Part shown: piece after piece, positions 48,201 through 63,200 of the stretch
How the letters are laid out: each line of letters starts with the position of its first letter
Numbering within the stretch: position 1 is the first letter of the stretch
Origin: Lingula anatina
Lineage: Eukaryota > Animalia > Brachiopoda
Length of the DNA: 64,000 nucleotides
Direction: 5' to 3'
Assembly: GCA_051362555.1 (NCBI GenBank)
Contig: CM120647.1
Location: 10,578,651-10,642,650, forward strand
Program-made: the position numbers and the translations under genes
Notes under the pieces: generated by a model
Told to the model about the DNA's origin: nothing
Database searches by the model: none
The model's input: only the letters and a program-made list of their open reading frames with translations

Positions 48201-51200
48201 AAAAATTTTTTTCTTCAATATTGTGTCAGGTAGGTGTGTTTGGTCATTTGTAGTGAGGGTAAAGTGCTGGAAGAGTGATTGTGTCATTATTTAGGAAGAA
48301 ATAGAGCAAAAACTCTCTCCACCCCCCCTCTCTCCAAATCCTGTTCTCAGGTGTGCTTTCTGGCAATCTTTAAAGCTGAAATTGGGGGCTTTAATGAAGT
48401 GACCCGGGCGCGTTTCCACATTTTTTATGAATGTCAGGTGTGGTAAATTAATTTTCATCACTTTTTGGAAAAATTGGTGACGGGTCATTTTTGGGTGATT
48501 TTGAGAGATTTTCGTAAGGTCCGGATATGGCAGTTTTCTTCAATTTTGGCCAGGTAGGGATGAAAAATTTTTTTCTTCAATATTGTGTCAGGTAGGTGTG
48601 TTTGGTCATTTGTAGTGAGGGTAAAGTGCTGGAAGAGTGATTGTGTCATTATTTAGGAAGAAATAGAGCAAAAACTCTCTCCACCCCCCCTCTCTCCAAA
48701 TCCTGTTCTCAGGTGTGCTTTCTGGCAATCTTTAAAGCTGAAATTGGGGGCTTTAATGAAGTGACCCGGGCGCGTTTCCACATTTTTTATGAATGTCAGT
48801 TGTGGTAAATTAATTTTCATCACTTTTTGGAAAAATTGGTGACGGGTCATTTTTGGGTGATTTTGAGAGATTTTCGTAAGGTCCGGATATGGCAGTTTTC
48901 TTCAATTTTGGCCAGGTAGGGATGAAAAATTTTTTTCTTCAATATTGTGTCAGGTAGGTGTGTTTGGTCATTTGTAGTGAGGGTAAAGTGCTGGAAGAGT
49001 GATTGTGTCATTATTTAGGAAGAAATAGAGCAAAAACTCTCTCCACCCCCCCTCTCTCCAAATCCTGTTCTCAGGTGTGCTTTCTGGCAATCTTTAAAGC
49101 TGAAATTGGGGGCTTTAATGAAGTGACCCGGGCGCGTTTCCACATTTTTTATGAATGTCAGGTGTGGTAAATTAATTTTCATCACTTTTTGGAAAAATTG
49201 GTGACGGGTCATTTTTGGGTGATTTTGAGAGATTTTCGTAAGGTCCGGATATGGCAGTTTTCTTCAATTTTGGCCAGGTAGGGATGAAAAATTTTTTTCT
49301 TCAATATTGTGTCAGGTAGGTGTGTTTGGTCATTTGTAGTGAGGGTAAAGTGCTGGAAGAGTGATTGTGTCATTATTTAGGAAGAAATAGAGCAAAAACT
49401 CTCTCCACCCCCCCTCTCTCCAAATCCTGTTCTCAGGTGTGCTTTCTGGCAATCTTTAAAGCTGAAATTGGGGGCTTTAATGAAGTGACCCGGGTGCGTT
49501 TCCACATTTTTTATGAATGTCAGGTGTGGTAAATTAATTTTCATCACTTTTTGGAAAAAATTGGTGACGGGTCATTTTTGGGTGATTTTGAGAGATTTTC
49601 GTAAGGTCCGGATATGGCAGTTTTCTTCAATTTTGGCCAGGTAGGGATGAAAAATTTTTTTCTTCAATATTGTGTCAGGTAGGTGTGTTTGGTCATTTGT
49701 AGTGAGGGTAAAGTGCTGGAAGAGTGATTGTGTCATTATTTAGGAAGAAATAGAGCAAAAACTCTCTCCACCCCCCTCTCTCCAAATCCTGTTCTCAGGT
49801 GTGCTTTCTGGCAATCTTTAAAGCTGAAATTGGGGGCTTTAATGAAGTGACCCGGGCGCGTTTCCACATTTTTTATGAATGTCAGGTGTGGTAAATTAAT
49901 TTCCATCACTTTTTGGAAAAATTGGTGACGGGTCATTTTTGGGTGATTTTGAGAGATTTTCGTAAGGTCCGGATATGGCAGTTTTCTTCAATTTTGGCCA
50001 GGTAGGGATGAAAAATTTTTTTCTTCAATATTGTGTCAGGTAGGTGTGTTTGGTCATTTGTAGTGAGGGTAAAGTGCTGGAAGAGTGATTGTGTCATTAT
50101 TTAGGAAGAAATAGAGCAAAAACTCTCTCCACCCCCCCTCTCTCCAAATCCTGTTCTCAGGTGTGCTTTCTGGCAATCTTTAAAGCTGAAATTGGGGGCT
50201 TTAATGAAGTGACCCGGGCGCGTTTCCACATTTTTTATGAATGTCAGGTGTGGTAAATTAATTTTCATCACTTTTTGGAAAAATTGGTGACGGGTCATTT
50301 TTGGGTGATTTTGAGAGATTTTCGTAAGGTTCGGATATGGCAGTTTTCTTCAATTTTGGCCAGGTAGGGATGAAAAATTTTTTTCTTCAATATTGTGTCA
50401 GGTAGGTGTGTTTGGTCATTTGTAGTGAGGGTAAAGTGCTGGAAGAGTGATTGTGTCATTATTTAGGAAGAAATAGAGCAAAAACTCTCTCCACCCCCCC
50501 TCTCTCCAAATCCTGTTCTCAGGTGTGCTTTCTGGCAATCTTTAAAGCTGAAATTGGGGGCTTTAATGAAGTGACCCGGGCGCGTTTCCACATTTTTTAT
50601 GAATGTCAGGTGTGGTAAATTAATTTTCATCACTTTTTGGAAAAATTGGTGACGGGTCATTTTTGGGTGATTTTGAGAGATTTTCGTAAGGTCCGGATAT
50701 GGCAGTTTTCTTCAATTTTGGCCAGGTAGGGATGAAAAATTTTTTTCTTCAATATTGTGTCAGGTAGGTGTGTTTGGTCATTTGTAGTGAGGGTAAAGTG
50801 CTGGAAGAGTGATTGTGTCATTATTTAGGAAGAAATGGAGCAAAAACTCTCTCCACCCCCCCTCTCTCCAAATCCTGTTCTCAGGTGTGCTTTCTGGCAA
50901 TCTTTAAAGCTGAAATTGGGGGCTTTAATGAAGTGACCCGGGCGCGTTTCCACATTTTTTATGAATGTCAGGTGTGGTAAATTAATTTTCATCACTTTTT
51001 GGAAAAATTTGTGACGGGTCATTTTTGGGTGATTTTGAGAGATTTTCGTAAGGTCCGGATATGGCAGTTTTCTTCAATTTTGGCCAGGTAGGGATGAAAA
51101 ATTTTTTTCTTCAATATTGTGTCAGGTAGGTGTGTTTGGTCATTTGTAGTGAGGGTAAAGTGCTGGAAGAGTGATTGTGTCATTATTTAGGAAGAAATAG

Positions 51201-54200
51201 AGCAAAAACTCTCTCCACCCCCCCTCTCTCCAAATCCTGTTCTCAGGTGTGCTTTCTGGCAATCTTTAAAGCTGAAATTGGGGGCTTTAATGAAGTGACC
51301 CGGGCGCGTTTCCACATTTTTTATGAATGTCAGGTGTGGTAAATTAATTTTCATCACTTTTTGGAAAAATTGGTGACGGGTCATTTTTGGGTGATTTTGA
51401 GAGATTTTTGTAAGGTCCGGATATGGCAGTTTTCTTCAATTTTGGCCAGGTAGGGATGAAAAATTTTTTTCTTCAATATTGTGTCAGGTAGGTGTGTTTG
51501 GTCATTTGTAGTGAGGGTAAAGTGCTGGAAGAGTGATTGTGTCATTATTTAGGAAGAAATAGAGCAAAAACTCTCTCCACCCCCCCTCTCTCCAAATCCT
51601 GTTCTCAGGTGTGCTTTCTGGCAATCTTTAAAACTGAAATTGGGGGCTTTAATGAAGTGACCCGGGCGCGTTTCCACATTTTTTATGAATGTCAGGTGTG
51701 GTAAATTAATTTTCATCACTTTTTGGAAAAATTGGTGACAGGTCATTTTTGGGTGATTTTGAGAGATTTTCGTAAGGTCCGGATATGGCAGTTTTCTTCA
51801 ATTTTGGCCAGGTAGGGATGAAAAATTTTTTTCTTCAATATTGTGTCAGGTAGGTGTGTTTGGTCATTTGTAGTGAGGGTAAAGTGCTGGAAGAGTGATT
51901 GTGTCATTATTTAGGAAGAAATAGAGCAAAAACTCTCTCCACCCCCCCTCTCTCCAAATCCTGTTCTCAGGTGTGCTTTCTGGCAATCTTTAAAGCTGAA
52001 ATTGGGGGCTTTAATGAAGTGACCCGGGCGCGTTTCCACATTTTTTATGAATGTCAGGTGTGGTAAATTAATTTTCATCACTTTTTGGAAAAATTGGTGA
52101 CGGGTCATTTTTGGGTGATTTTGAGAGATTTTCGTAAGGTCCGGATATGGCAGTTTTCTTCAATTTTGGCCAGGTAGGGATGAAAAATTTTTTTCTTCAA
52201 TATTGTGTCAGGTAGGTGTGTTTGGTCATTTGTAGTGAGGGTAAAGTGCTGGAAGAGTGATTGTGTCATTATTTAGGAAGAAATAGAGCAAAAACTCTCT
52301 CCACCCCCCTCTCTCCAAATCCTGTTCTCAGGTGTGCTTTCTGGCAATCTTTAAAGCTGAAATTGGGGGCTTTAATGAAGTGACCCGGGCGCGTTTCCAC
52401 ATTTTTTATGAATGTCAGGTGTGGTAAATTAATTTTCATCACTTTTTGGAAAAATTGGTGACGGGTCATTTTTGGGTGATTTTGAGAGTTTTTCGTAAGG
52501 TCCGGATATGGCAGTTTTCTTCAATTTTGGCCAGGTAGGGATGAAAAATTTTTTTCTTCAATATTGTGTCAGGTAGGTGTGTTTGGTCATTTGTAGTGAG
52601 GGTAAAGTGCTGGAAGAGTGATTGTGTCATTATTTAGGAAGAAATAGAGCAAAAACTCTCTCCACCCCCCCTCTCTCCAAATCCTGTTCTCAGGTGTGCT
52701 TTCTGGCAATCTTTAAAGCTGAAATTGGGGGCTTTAATGAAGTGACCCGGGCGCGTTTCCACATTTTTTATGAATGTCAGGTGTGGTAAATTAATTTTCA
52801 TCACTTTTTGGAAAAATTGGTGACGGGTCATTTTTGGGTGATTTTGAGAGATTTTCGTAAGGTCCGGATATGGCAGTTTTCTTCAATTTTGGCCAGGTAG
52901 GGATGAAAAATTTTTTTCTTCAATATTGTGTCAGGTAGGTGTGTTTGGTCATTTGTAGTGAGGGTAAAGTGCTGGAAGAGTGATTGTGTCATTATTTAGG
53001 AAGAAATAGAGCAAAAACTCTCTCCACCCCCCCTCTCTCCAAATCCTGTTCTCAGATGTGCTTTCTGGCAATCTTTAAAGCTGAAATTGGGGGCTTTAAT
53101 GAAGTGACCCGGGCGCGTTTCCACATTTTTTATGAATGTCAGGTGTGGTAAATTAATTTTCATCACTTTTTGGAAAAATTGGTGACGGGTCATTTTTGGG
53201 TGATTTTGAGAGATTTTCGTAAGGTCCGGATATGGCAGTTTTCTTCAATTTTGGCCAGGTAGGGATGAAAAATTTTTTTCTTCAATATTGTGTCAGGTAG
53301 GTGTGTTTGGTCATTTGTAGTGAGGGTAAAGTGCTGGAAGAGTGATTGTGTCATTATTTAGGAAGAAATAGAGCAAAAACTCTCTCCACCCCCCCTCTCT
53401 CCAAATCCTGTTCTCAGGTGTGCTTTCTGGCAATCTTTAAAGCTGAAATTGGGGGCTTTAATGAAGTGACCCGGGCGCGTTTCCACATTTTTTATGAATG
53501 TCAGGTGTGGTAAATTAATTTTCATCACTTTTTGGAAAAATTGGTGACGGGTCATTTTTGGGTGATTTTGAGAGATTTTCGTAAGGTCCGGATATGGCAG
53601 TTTTCTTCAATTTTGGCCAGGTAGGGATGAAAAATTTTTTTCTTCAATATTGTGTCAGGTAGGTGTGTTTGGTCATTTGTAGTGAGGGTAAAGTGCTGGA
53701 AGAGTGATTGTGTCATTATTTAGGAAGAAATAGAGCAAAAACTCTCTCCACCCCCCCTCTCTCCAAATCCTGTTCTCAGATGTGCTTTCTGGCAATCTTT
53801 AAAGCTGAAATTGGGGGCTTTAATGAAGTGACCCGGGCGCGTTTCCACATTTTTTATGAATGTCAGGTGTGGTAAATTAATTTTCATCACTTTTTGGAAA
53901 AATTGGTGACGGGTCATTTTTGGGTGATTTTGAGAGATTTTCGTAAGGTCCGGATATGGCAGTTTTCTTCAATTTTGGCCAGGTAGGGATGAAAAATTTT
54001 TTTCTTCAATATTGTGTCAGGTAGGTGTGTTTGGTCATTTGTAGTGAGGGTAAAGTGCTGGAAGAGTGATTGTGTCATTATTTAGGAAGAAATAGAGCAA
54101 AAACTCTCTCCACCCCCCCTCTCTCCAAATCCTGTTCTCAGGTGTGCTTTCTGGCAATCTTTAAAGCTGAAATTGGGGGCTTTAATGAAGTGACCCGGGC

Positions 54201-57200
54201 GCGTTTCCACATTTTTTATGAATGTCAGGTGTGGTAAATTAATTTTCATCACTTTTTGGAAAAATTGGTGACGGGTCATTTTTGGGTGATTTTGAGAGAT
54301 TTTCGTAAGTTCCGGATATGGCAGTTTTCTTCAATTTTGGCCAGGTAGGGATGAAAAATTTTTTTCTTCAATATTGTGTCAGGTAGGTGTGTTTGGTCAT
54401 TTGTAGTGAGGGTAAAGTGCTGGAAGAGTGATTGTGTCATTATTTAGGAAGAAATAGAGCAAAAACTCTCTCCACCCCCCCTCTCTCCAAATCCTGTTCT
54501 CAGGTGTGCTTTCTGGCAATCTTTAAAGCTGAAATTGGGGGCTTTAATGAAGTGACCCGGGCGCGTTTCCACATTTTTTATGAATGTCAGGTGTGGTAAA
54601 TTAATTTTCATCACTTTTTGGAAAAATTGGTGACGGGTCATTTTTGGGTGATTTTGAGAGATTTTCGTAAGGTCCGGATATGGCAGTTTTCTTCAATTTT
54701 GGCCAGGTAGGGATGAAAAATTTTTTTCTTCAATATTGTGTCAGGTAGGTGTTTTTGGTCATTTGTAGTGAGGGTAAAGTGCTGGAAGAGTGATTGTGTC
54801 ATTATTTAGGAAGAAATAGAGCAAAAACTCTCTCCACCCCCCCTCTCTCCAAATCCTGTTCTCAGGTGTGCTTTCTGGCAATCTTTAAAGCTGAAATTGG
54901 GGGCTTTAATGAAGTGACCCGGGCGCGTTTCCACATTTTTTATGAATGTCAGGTGTGGTAAATTAATTTTCATCACTTTTTGGAAAAATTGGTGACGGGT
55001 CATTTTTGGGTGATTTTGAGAGATTTTCGTAAGGTCCGGATATGGCAGTTTTCTTCAATTTTGGCCAGGTAGGGATGAAAAATTTTTTTCTTCAATATTG
55101 TGTCAGGTAGGTGTGTTTGGTCATTTGTAGTGAGGGTAAAGTGCTGGAAGAGTGATTGTGTCATTATTTAGGAAGAAATAGAGCAAAAACTCTCTCCACC
55201 CCCCCTCTCTCCAAATCCTGTTCTCAGGTGTGCTTTCTGGCAATCTTTAAAGCTGAAATTGGGGGCTTTAATGAAGTGACCCGGGCGCGTTTCCACATTT
55301 TTTATGAATGTCAGGTGTGGTAAATTAATTTTCATCACTTTTTGGAAAAATTGGTGACGGGTCATTTTTGGGTGATTTTGAGAGATTTTCGTAAGGTCCG
55401 GATATGGCAGTTTTCTTCAATTTTGGCCAGGTAGGGATGAAAAATTTTTTTCTTCAATATTGTGTCAGGTAGGTGTGTTTGGTCATTTGTAGTGAGGGTA
55501 AAGTGCTGGAAGAGTGATTGTGTCATTATTTAGGAAGAAATAGAGCAAAAACTCTCTCCACCCCCCCTCTCTCCAAATCCTGTTCTCAGATGTGCTTTCT
55601 GGCAATCTTTAAAGCTGAAATTGGGGGCTTTAATGAAGTGACCCGGGCGCGTTTCCACATTTTTTATGAATGTCAGGTGTGGTAAATTAATTTTCATCAC
55701 TTTTTGGAAAAATTGGTGACGGGTCATTTTTGGGTGATTTTGAGAGATTTTCGTAAGGTCCGGATATGGCAGTTTTCTTCAATTTTGGCCAGGTAGGGAT
55801 GAAAAATTTTTTTCTTCAATATTGTGTCAGGTAGGTGTGTTTGGTCATTTGTAGTGAGGGTAAAGTGCTGGAAGAGTGATTGTGTCATTATTTAGGAAGA
55901 AATAGAGCAAAAACTCTCTCCACCCCCCCTCTCTCCAAATCCTGTTCTCAGATGTGCTTTCTGGCAATCTTTAAAGCTGAAATTGGGGGCTTTAATGAAG
56001 TGACCCAGGCGCGTTTCCACATTTTTTATGAATGTCAGGTGTGGTAAATTAATTTTCATCACTTTTTGGAAAAATTGGTGACGGGTCATTTTTGGGTGAT
56101 TTTGAGAGATTTTCGTAAGGTCCGGATATGGCAGTTTTCTTCAATTTTGGCCAGGTAGGGATGAAAAATTTTTTTCTTCAATATTGTGTCAGGTAGGTGT
56201 GTTTGGTCATTTGTAGTGAGGGTAAAGTGCTGGAAGAGTGATTGTGTCATTATTTAGGAAGAAATAGAGCAAAAACTCTCTCCACCCCCCCTCTCTCCAA
56301 ATCCTGTTCTCAGGTGTGCTTTCTGGCAATCTTTAAAGCTGAAATTGGGGGCTTTAATGAAGTGACCCGGGCGCGTTTCCACATTTTTTATGAATGTCAG
56401 GTGTGGTAAATTAATTTTCATCACTTTTTGGAAAAATTGGTGACGGGTCATTTTTGGGTGATTTTGAGAGATTTTCGTAAGGTCCGGATATGGCAGTTTT
56501 CTTCAATTTTGGCCAGGTAGGGATGAAAAATTTTTTTCTTCAATATTGTGTCAGGTAGGTGTGTTTGGTCATTTGTAGTGAGGGTAAAGTGCTGGAAGAG
56601 TGATTGTGTCATTATTTAGGAAGAAATAGAGCAAAAACTCTCTCCACCCCCCCTCTCTCCAAATCCTGTTCTCAGGTGTGCTTTCTGGCAATCTTTAAAG
56701 CTGAAATTGGGGGCTTTAATGAAGTGACCCGGGCGCGTTTCCACATTTTTTATGAATGTCAGGTGTGGTAAATTAATTTTCATCACTTTTTGGAAAAATT
56801 GGTGACGGGTCATTTTTGGGTGATTTTGAGAGATTTTCGTAAGGTCCGGATATGGCAGTTTTCTTCAATTTTGGCCAGGTAGGGATGAAAAATTTTTTTC
56901 TTCAATATTGTGTCAGGTAGGTGTGTTTGGTCATTTGTAGTGAGGGTAAAGTGCTGGAAGAGTGATTGTGTCATTATTTAGGAAGAAATAGAGCAAAAAC
57001 TCTCTCCACCCCCCCTCTCTCCAAATCCTGTTCTCAGATGTGCTTTCTGGCAATCTTTAAAGCTGAAATTGGGGGCTTTAATGAAGTGACCCAGGCGCGT
57101 TTCCACATTTTTTATGAATGTCAGGTGTGGTAAATTAATTTTCATCACTTTTTGGAAAAATTGGTGACGGGTCATTTTTGGGTGATTTTGAGAGATTTTC

Positions 57201-60200
57201 GTAAGGTCCGGATATGGCAGTTTTCTTCAATTTTGGCCAGGTAGGGATGAAAAATTTTTTTCTTCAATATTGTGTCAGGTAGGTGTGTTTGGTCATTTGT
57301 AGTGAGGGTAAAGTGCTGGAAGAGTGATTGTGTCATTATTTAGGAAGAAATAGAGCAAAAACTCTCTCCACCCCCCCTCTCTCCAAATCCTGTTCTCAGG
57401 TGTGCTTTCTGGCAATCTTTAAAGCTGAAATTGGGGGCTTTAATGAAGTGACCCGGGCGCGTTTCCACATTTTTTATGAATGTCAGGTGTGGTAAATTAA
57501 TTTTCATCACTTTTTGGAAAAATTGGTGACGGGTCATTTTTGGGTGATTTTGAGAGATTTTCGTAAGGTCCGGATATGGCAGTTTTCTTCAATTTTGGCC
57601 AGGTAGGGATGAAAAATTTTTTTCTTCAATATTGTGTCAGGTAGGTGTGTTTGGTCATTTGTAGTGAGGGTAAAGTGCTGGAAGAGTGATTGTGTCATTA
57701 TTTAGGAAGAAATAGAGCAAAAACTCTCTCCACCCCCCCTCTCTCCAAATCCTGTTCTCAGGTGTGCTTTCTGGCAATCTTTAAAGCTGAAATTGGGGGC
57801 TTTAATAAAGTGACCCGGGCGCGTTTCCACATTTTTTATGAATGTCAGGTGTGGTAAATTAATTTTCATCACTTTTTGGAAAAATTGGTGACGGGTCATT
57901 TTTGGGTGATTTTGAGAGATTTTCGTAAGGTCCGGATATGGCAGTTTTCTTCAATTTTGGCCAGGTAGGGATGAAAAATTTTTTTCTTCAATATTGTGTC
58001 AGGTAGGTGTGTTTGGTCATTTGTAGTGAGGGTAAAGTGCTGGAAGAGTGATTGTGTCATTATTTAGGAAGAAATAGAGCAAAAACTCTCTCCACCCCCC
58101 CTCTCTCCAAATCCTGTTCTCAGGTGTGCTTTCTGGCAATCTTTAAAGCTGAAATTGGGGGCTTTAATGAAGTGACCCGGGCGCGTTTCCACATTTTTTA
58201 TGAATGTCAGGTGTGGTAAATTAATTTTCATCACTTTTTGGAAAAATTGGTGACGGGTCATTTTTGGGTGATTTTGAGAGATTTTCGTAAGGTCCGGATA
58301 TGGCAGTTTTCTTCAATTTTGGCCAGGTAGGGATGAAAAATTTTTTTCTTCAATATTGTGTCAGGTAGGTGTGTTTGGTCATTTGTAGTGAGGGTAAAGT
58401 GCTGGAAGAGTGATTGTGTCATTATTTAGGAAGAAATAGAGCAAAAACTCTCTCCACCCCCCCTCTCTCCAAATCCTGTTCTCAGATGTGCTTTCTGGCA
58501 ATCTTTAAAGCTGAAATTGGGGGCTTTAATGAAGTGACCAGGGCGCGTTTCCACATTTTTTATGAATGTCAGGTGTGGTAAATTAATTTTCATCACTTTT
58601 TGGAAAAATTGGTGACGGGTCATTTTTGGGTGATTTTGAGAGATTTTCGTAAGGTCCGGATATGGCAGTTTTCTTCAATTTTGGCCAGGTAGGGATGAAA
58701 AATTTTTTTCTTCAATATTGTGTCAGGTAGGTGTGTTTGGTCATTTGTAGTGAGGGTAAAGTGCTGGAAGAGTGATTGTGTCATTATTTAGGAAGAAATA
58801 GAGCAAAAACTCTCTCCACCCCCCCTCTCTCCAAATCCTGTTCTCAGATGTGCTTTCTGGCAATCTTTAAAGCTGAAATTGGGGGCTTTAATGAAGTGAC
58901 CCAGGCGCGTTTCCACATTTTTTATGAATGTCAGGTGTGGTAAATTAATTTTCATCACTTTTTGGAAAAATTGGTGACGGGTCATTTTTGGGTGATTTTG
59001 AGAGATTTTCGTAAGGTCCGGATATGGCAGTTTTCTTCAATTTTGGCCAGGTAGGGATGAAAAATTTTTTTCTTCAATATTGTGTCAGGTAGGTGTGTTT
59101 GGTCATTTGTAGTGAGGGTAAAGTGCTGGAAGAGTGATTGTGTCATTATTTAGGAAGAAATAGAGCAAAAACTCTCTCCACCCCCCCTCTCTCCAAATCC
59201 TGTTCTCAGGTGTGCTTTCTGGCAATCTTTAAAGCTGAAATTGGGGGCTTTAATGAAGTGACCCGGGCGCGTTTCCACATTTTTTATGAATGTCAGGTGT
59301 GGTAAATTAATTTTCATCACTTTTTGGAAAAATTGGTGACGGGTCATTTTTGGGTGATTTTGAGAGATTTTCGTAAGGTCCGGATATGGCAGTTTTCTTC
59401 AATTTTGGCCAGGTAGGGATGAAAAATTTTTTTCTTCAATATTGTGTCAGGTAGGTGTGTTTGGTCATTTGTAGTGAGGGTAAAGTGCTGGAAGAGTGAT
59501 TGTGTCATTATTTAGGAAGAAATAGAGCAAAAACTCTCTCCACCCCCCCTCTCTCCAAATCCTGTTCTCAGGTGTGCTTTCTGGCAATCTTTAAAGCTGA
59601 AATTGGGGGCTTTAATGAAGTGACCCGGGCGCGTTTCCACATTTTTTATGAATGTCAGGTGTGGTAAATTAATTTTCATCACTTTTTGGAAAAATTGGTG
59701 ACGGGTCATTTTTGGGTGATTTTTAGAGATTTTCGTAAGGTCCGGATATGGCAGTTTTCTTCAATTTTGGCCAGGTAGGGATGAAAAATTTTTTTCTTCA
59801 ATATTGTGTCAGGTAGGTGTGTTTGGTCATTTGTAGTGAGGGTAAAGTGCTGGAAGAGTGATTGTGTCATTATTTAGGAAGAAATAGAGCAAAAACTCTC
59901 TCCACCCCCCCTCTCTCCAAATCCTGTTCTCAGATGTGCTTTCTGGCAATCTTTAAAGCTGAAATTGGGGGCTTTAATGAAGTGACCCGGGCGCGTTTCC
60001 ACATTTTTTATGAATGTCAGGTGTGGTAAATTAATTTTCATCACTTTTTGGAAAAATTGGTGACGGGTCATTTTTGGGTGATTTTGAGAGATTTTCGTAA
60101 GGTCCGGATATGGCAGTTTTCTTCAATTTTGGCCAGGTAGGGATGAAAAAATTTTTTCTTCAATATTGTGTCAGGTAGGTGTGTTTGGTCATTTGTAGTG

Positions 60201-63200
60201 AGGGTAAAGTGCTGGAAGAGTGATTGTGTCATTATTTAGGAAGAAATAGAGCAAAAACTCTCTCCACCCCCCCTCTCTCCAAATCCTGTTCTCAGATGTG
60301 CTTTCTGGCAATCTTTAAAGCTGAAATTGGGGGCTTTAATGAAGTGACCCAGGCGCGTTTCCACATTTTTTATGAATGTCAGGTGTGGTAAATTAATTTT
60401 CATCACTTTTTGGAAAAATTGGTGACGGGTCATTTTTGGGTGATTTTGAGAGATTTTCGTAAGGTCCGGATATGGCAGTTTTCTTCAATTTTGGCCAGGT
60501 AGGGATGAAAAATTTTTTTCTTCAATATTGTGTCAGGTAGGTGTGTTTGGTCATTTGTAGTGAGGGTAAAGTGCTGGAAGAGTGATTGTGTCATTATTTA
60601 GGAAGAAATAGAGCAAAAACTCTCTCCACCCCCCCTCTCTCCAAATCCTGTTCTCAGGTGTGCTTTCTGGCAATCTTTAAAGCTGAAATTGGGGGCTTTA
60701 ATGAAGTGACCCGGGCGCGTTTCCACATTTTTTATGAATGTCAGGTGTGGTAAATTAATTTTCATCACTTTTTGGAAAAATTGGTGACGGGTCATTTTTG
60801 GGTGATTTTGAGAGATTTTCGTAAGGTCCGGATATGGCAGTTTTCTTCAATTTTGGCCAGGTAGGGATGAAAAATTTTTTTCTTCAATATTGTGTCAGGT
60901 AGGTGTGTTTGGTCATTTGTAGTGAGGGTAAAGTGCTGGAAGAGTGATTGTGTCATTATTTAGGAAGAAATAGAGCAAAAACTCTCTCCACCCCCCCTCT
61001 CTCCAAATCCTGTTCTCAGGTGTGCTTTCTGGCAATCTTTAAAGCTGAAATTGGGGGCTTTAATGAAGTGACCCGGGCGCGTTTCCACATTTTTTATGAA
61101 TGTCAGGTGTGGTAAATTAATTTTCATCACTTTTTGGAAAAATTGGTGACGGGTCATTTTTGGGTGATTTTGAGAGATTTTCGTAAGGTCCGGATATGGC
61201 AGTTTTCTTCAATTTTGGCCAGGTAGGGATGAAAAATTTTTTTCTTCAATATTGTGTCAGGTAGGTGTGTTTGGTCATTTGTAGTGAGGGTAAAGTGCTG
61301 GAAGAGTGATTGTGTCATTATTTAGGAAGAAATAGAGCAAAAACTCTCTCCACCCCCCCTCTCTCCAAATCCTGTTCTCAGATGTGCTTTCTGGCAATCT
61401 TTAAAGCTGAAATTGGGGGCTTTAATGAAGTGACCCGGGCGCGTTTCCACATTTTTTATGAATGTCAGGTGTGGTAAATTAATTTTCATCACTTTTTGGA
61501 AAAATTGGTGACGGGTCATTTTTGGGTGATTTTGAGAGATTTTCGTAAGGTCCGGATATGGCAGTTTTCTTCAATTTTGGCCAGGTAGGGATGAAAAATT
61601 TTTTTCTTCAATATTGTGTCAGGTAGGTGTGTTTGGTCATTTGTAGTGAGGGTAAAGTGCTGGAAGAGTGATTGTGTCATTATTTAGGAAGAAATAGAGC
61701 AAAAACTCTCTCCACCCCCCCTCTCTCCAAATCCTGTTCTCAGGTGTGCTTTCTGGCAATCTTTAAAGCTGAAATTGGGGGCTTTAATGAAGTGACCCGG
61801 GCGCGTTTCCACATTTTTTATGAATGTCAGGTGTGGTAAATTAATTTTCATCACTTTTTGGAAAAATTGGTGACGGGTCATTTTTGGGTGATTTTGAGAG
61901 ATTTTCGTAAGGTCCGGATATGGCAGTTTTCTTCAATTTTGGCCAGGTAGGGATGAAAAATTTTTTTCTTCAATATTGTGTCAGGTAGGTGTGTTTGGTC
62001 ATTTGTAGTGAGGGTAAAGTGCTGGAAGAGTGATTGTGTCATTATTTAGGAAGAAATAGAGCAAAAACTCTCTCCACCCCCCCTCTCTCCAAATCCTGTT
62101 CTCAGGTGTGCTTTCTGGCAATCTTTAAAGCTGAAATTGGGGGCTTTAATGAAGTGACCCGGGCGCGTTTCCACATTTTTTATGAATGTCAGGTGTGGTA
62201 AATTAATTTTCATCACTTTTTGGAAAAATTGGTGACGGGTCATTTTTGGGTGATTTTGAGAGATTTTCGTAAGGTCCGGATATGGCAGTTTTCTTCAATT
62301 TTGGCCAGGTAGGGATGAAAAATTTTTTTCTTCAATATTGTGTCAGGTAGGTGTGTTTGGTCATTTGTAGTGAGGGTAAAGTGCTGGAAGAGTGATTGTG
62401 TCATTATTTAGGAAGAAATAGAGCAAAAACTCTCTCCACCCCCCCTCTCTCCAAATCCTGTTCTCAGGTGTGCTTTCTGGCAATCTTTAAAGCTGAAATT
62501 GGGGGCTTTAATGAAGTGACCCGGGCGCGTTTCCACATTTTTTATGAATGTCAGGTGTGGTAAATTAATTTTCATCACTTTTTGGAAAAATTGGTGACGG
62601 GTCATTTTTGGGTGATTTTGAGAGATTTTCGTAAGGTCCGGATATGGCAGTTTTCTTCAATTTTGGCCAGGTAGGGATGAAAAATTTTTTTCTTCAATAT
62701 TGTGTCAGGTAGGTGTGTTTGGTCATTTGTAGTGAGGGTAAAGTGCTGGAAGAGTGATTGTGTCATTATTTAGGAAGAAATAGAGCAAAAACTCTCTCCA
62801 CCCCCCCTCTCTCCAAATCCTGTTCTCAGGTGTGCTTTCTGGCAATCTTTAAAACTGAAATTGGGGGCTTTAATGAAGTGACCCGGGCGCGTTTCCACAT
62901 TTTTTATGAATGTCAGGTGTGGTAAATTAATTTTCATCACTTTTTGGAAAAATTGGTGACGGGTCATTTTTGGGTGATTTTGAGAGATTTTCGTAAGGTC
63001 CGGATATGGCAGTTTTCTTCAATTTTGGCCAGGTAGGGATGAAAAATTTTTTTCTTCAATATTGTGTCAGGTAGGTGTGTTTGGTCATTTGTAGTGAGGG
63101 TAAAGTGCTGGAAGAGTGATTGTGTCATTATTTAGGAAGAAATAGAGCAAAAACTCTCTCCACCCCCCCTCTCTCCAAATCCTGTTCTCAGGTGTGCTTT

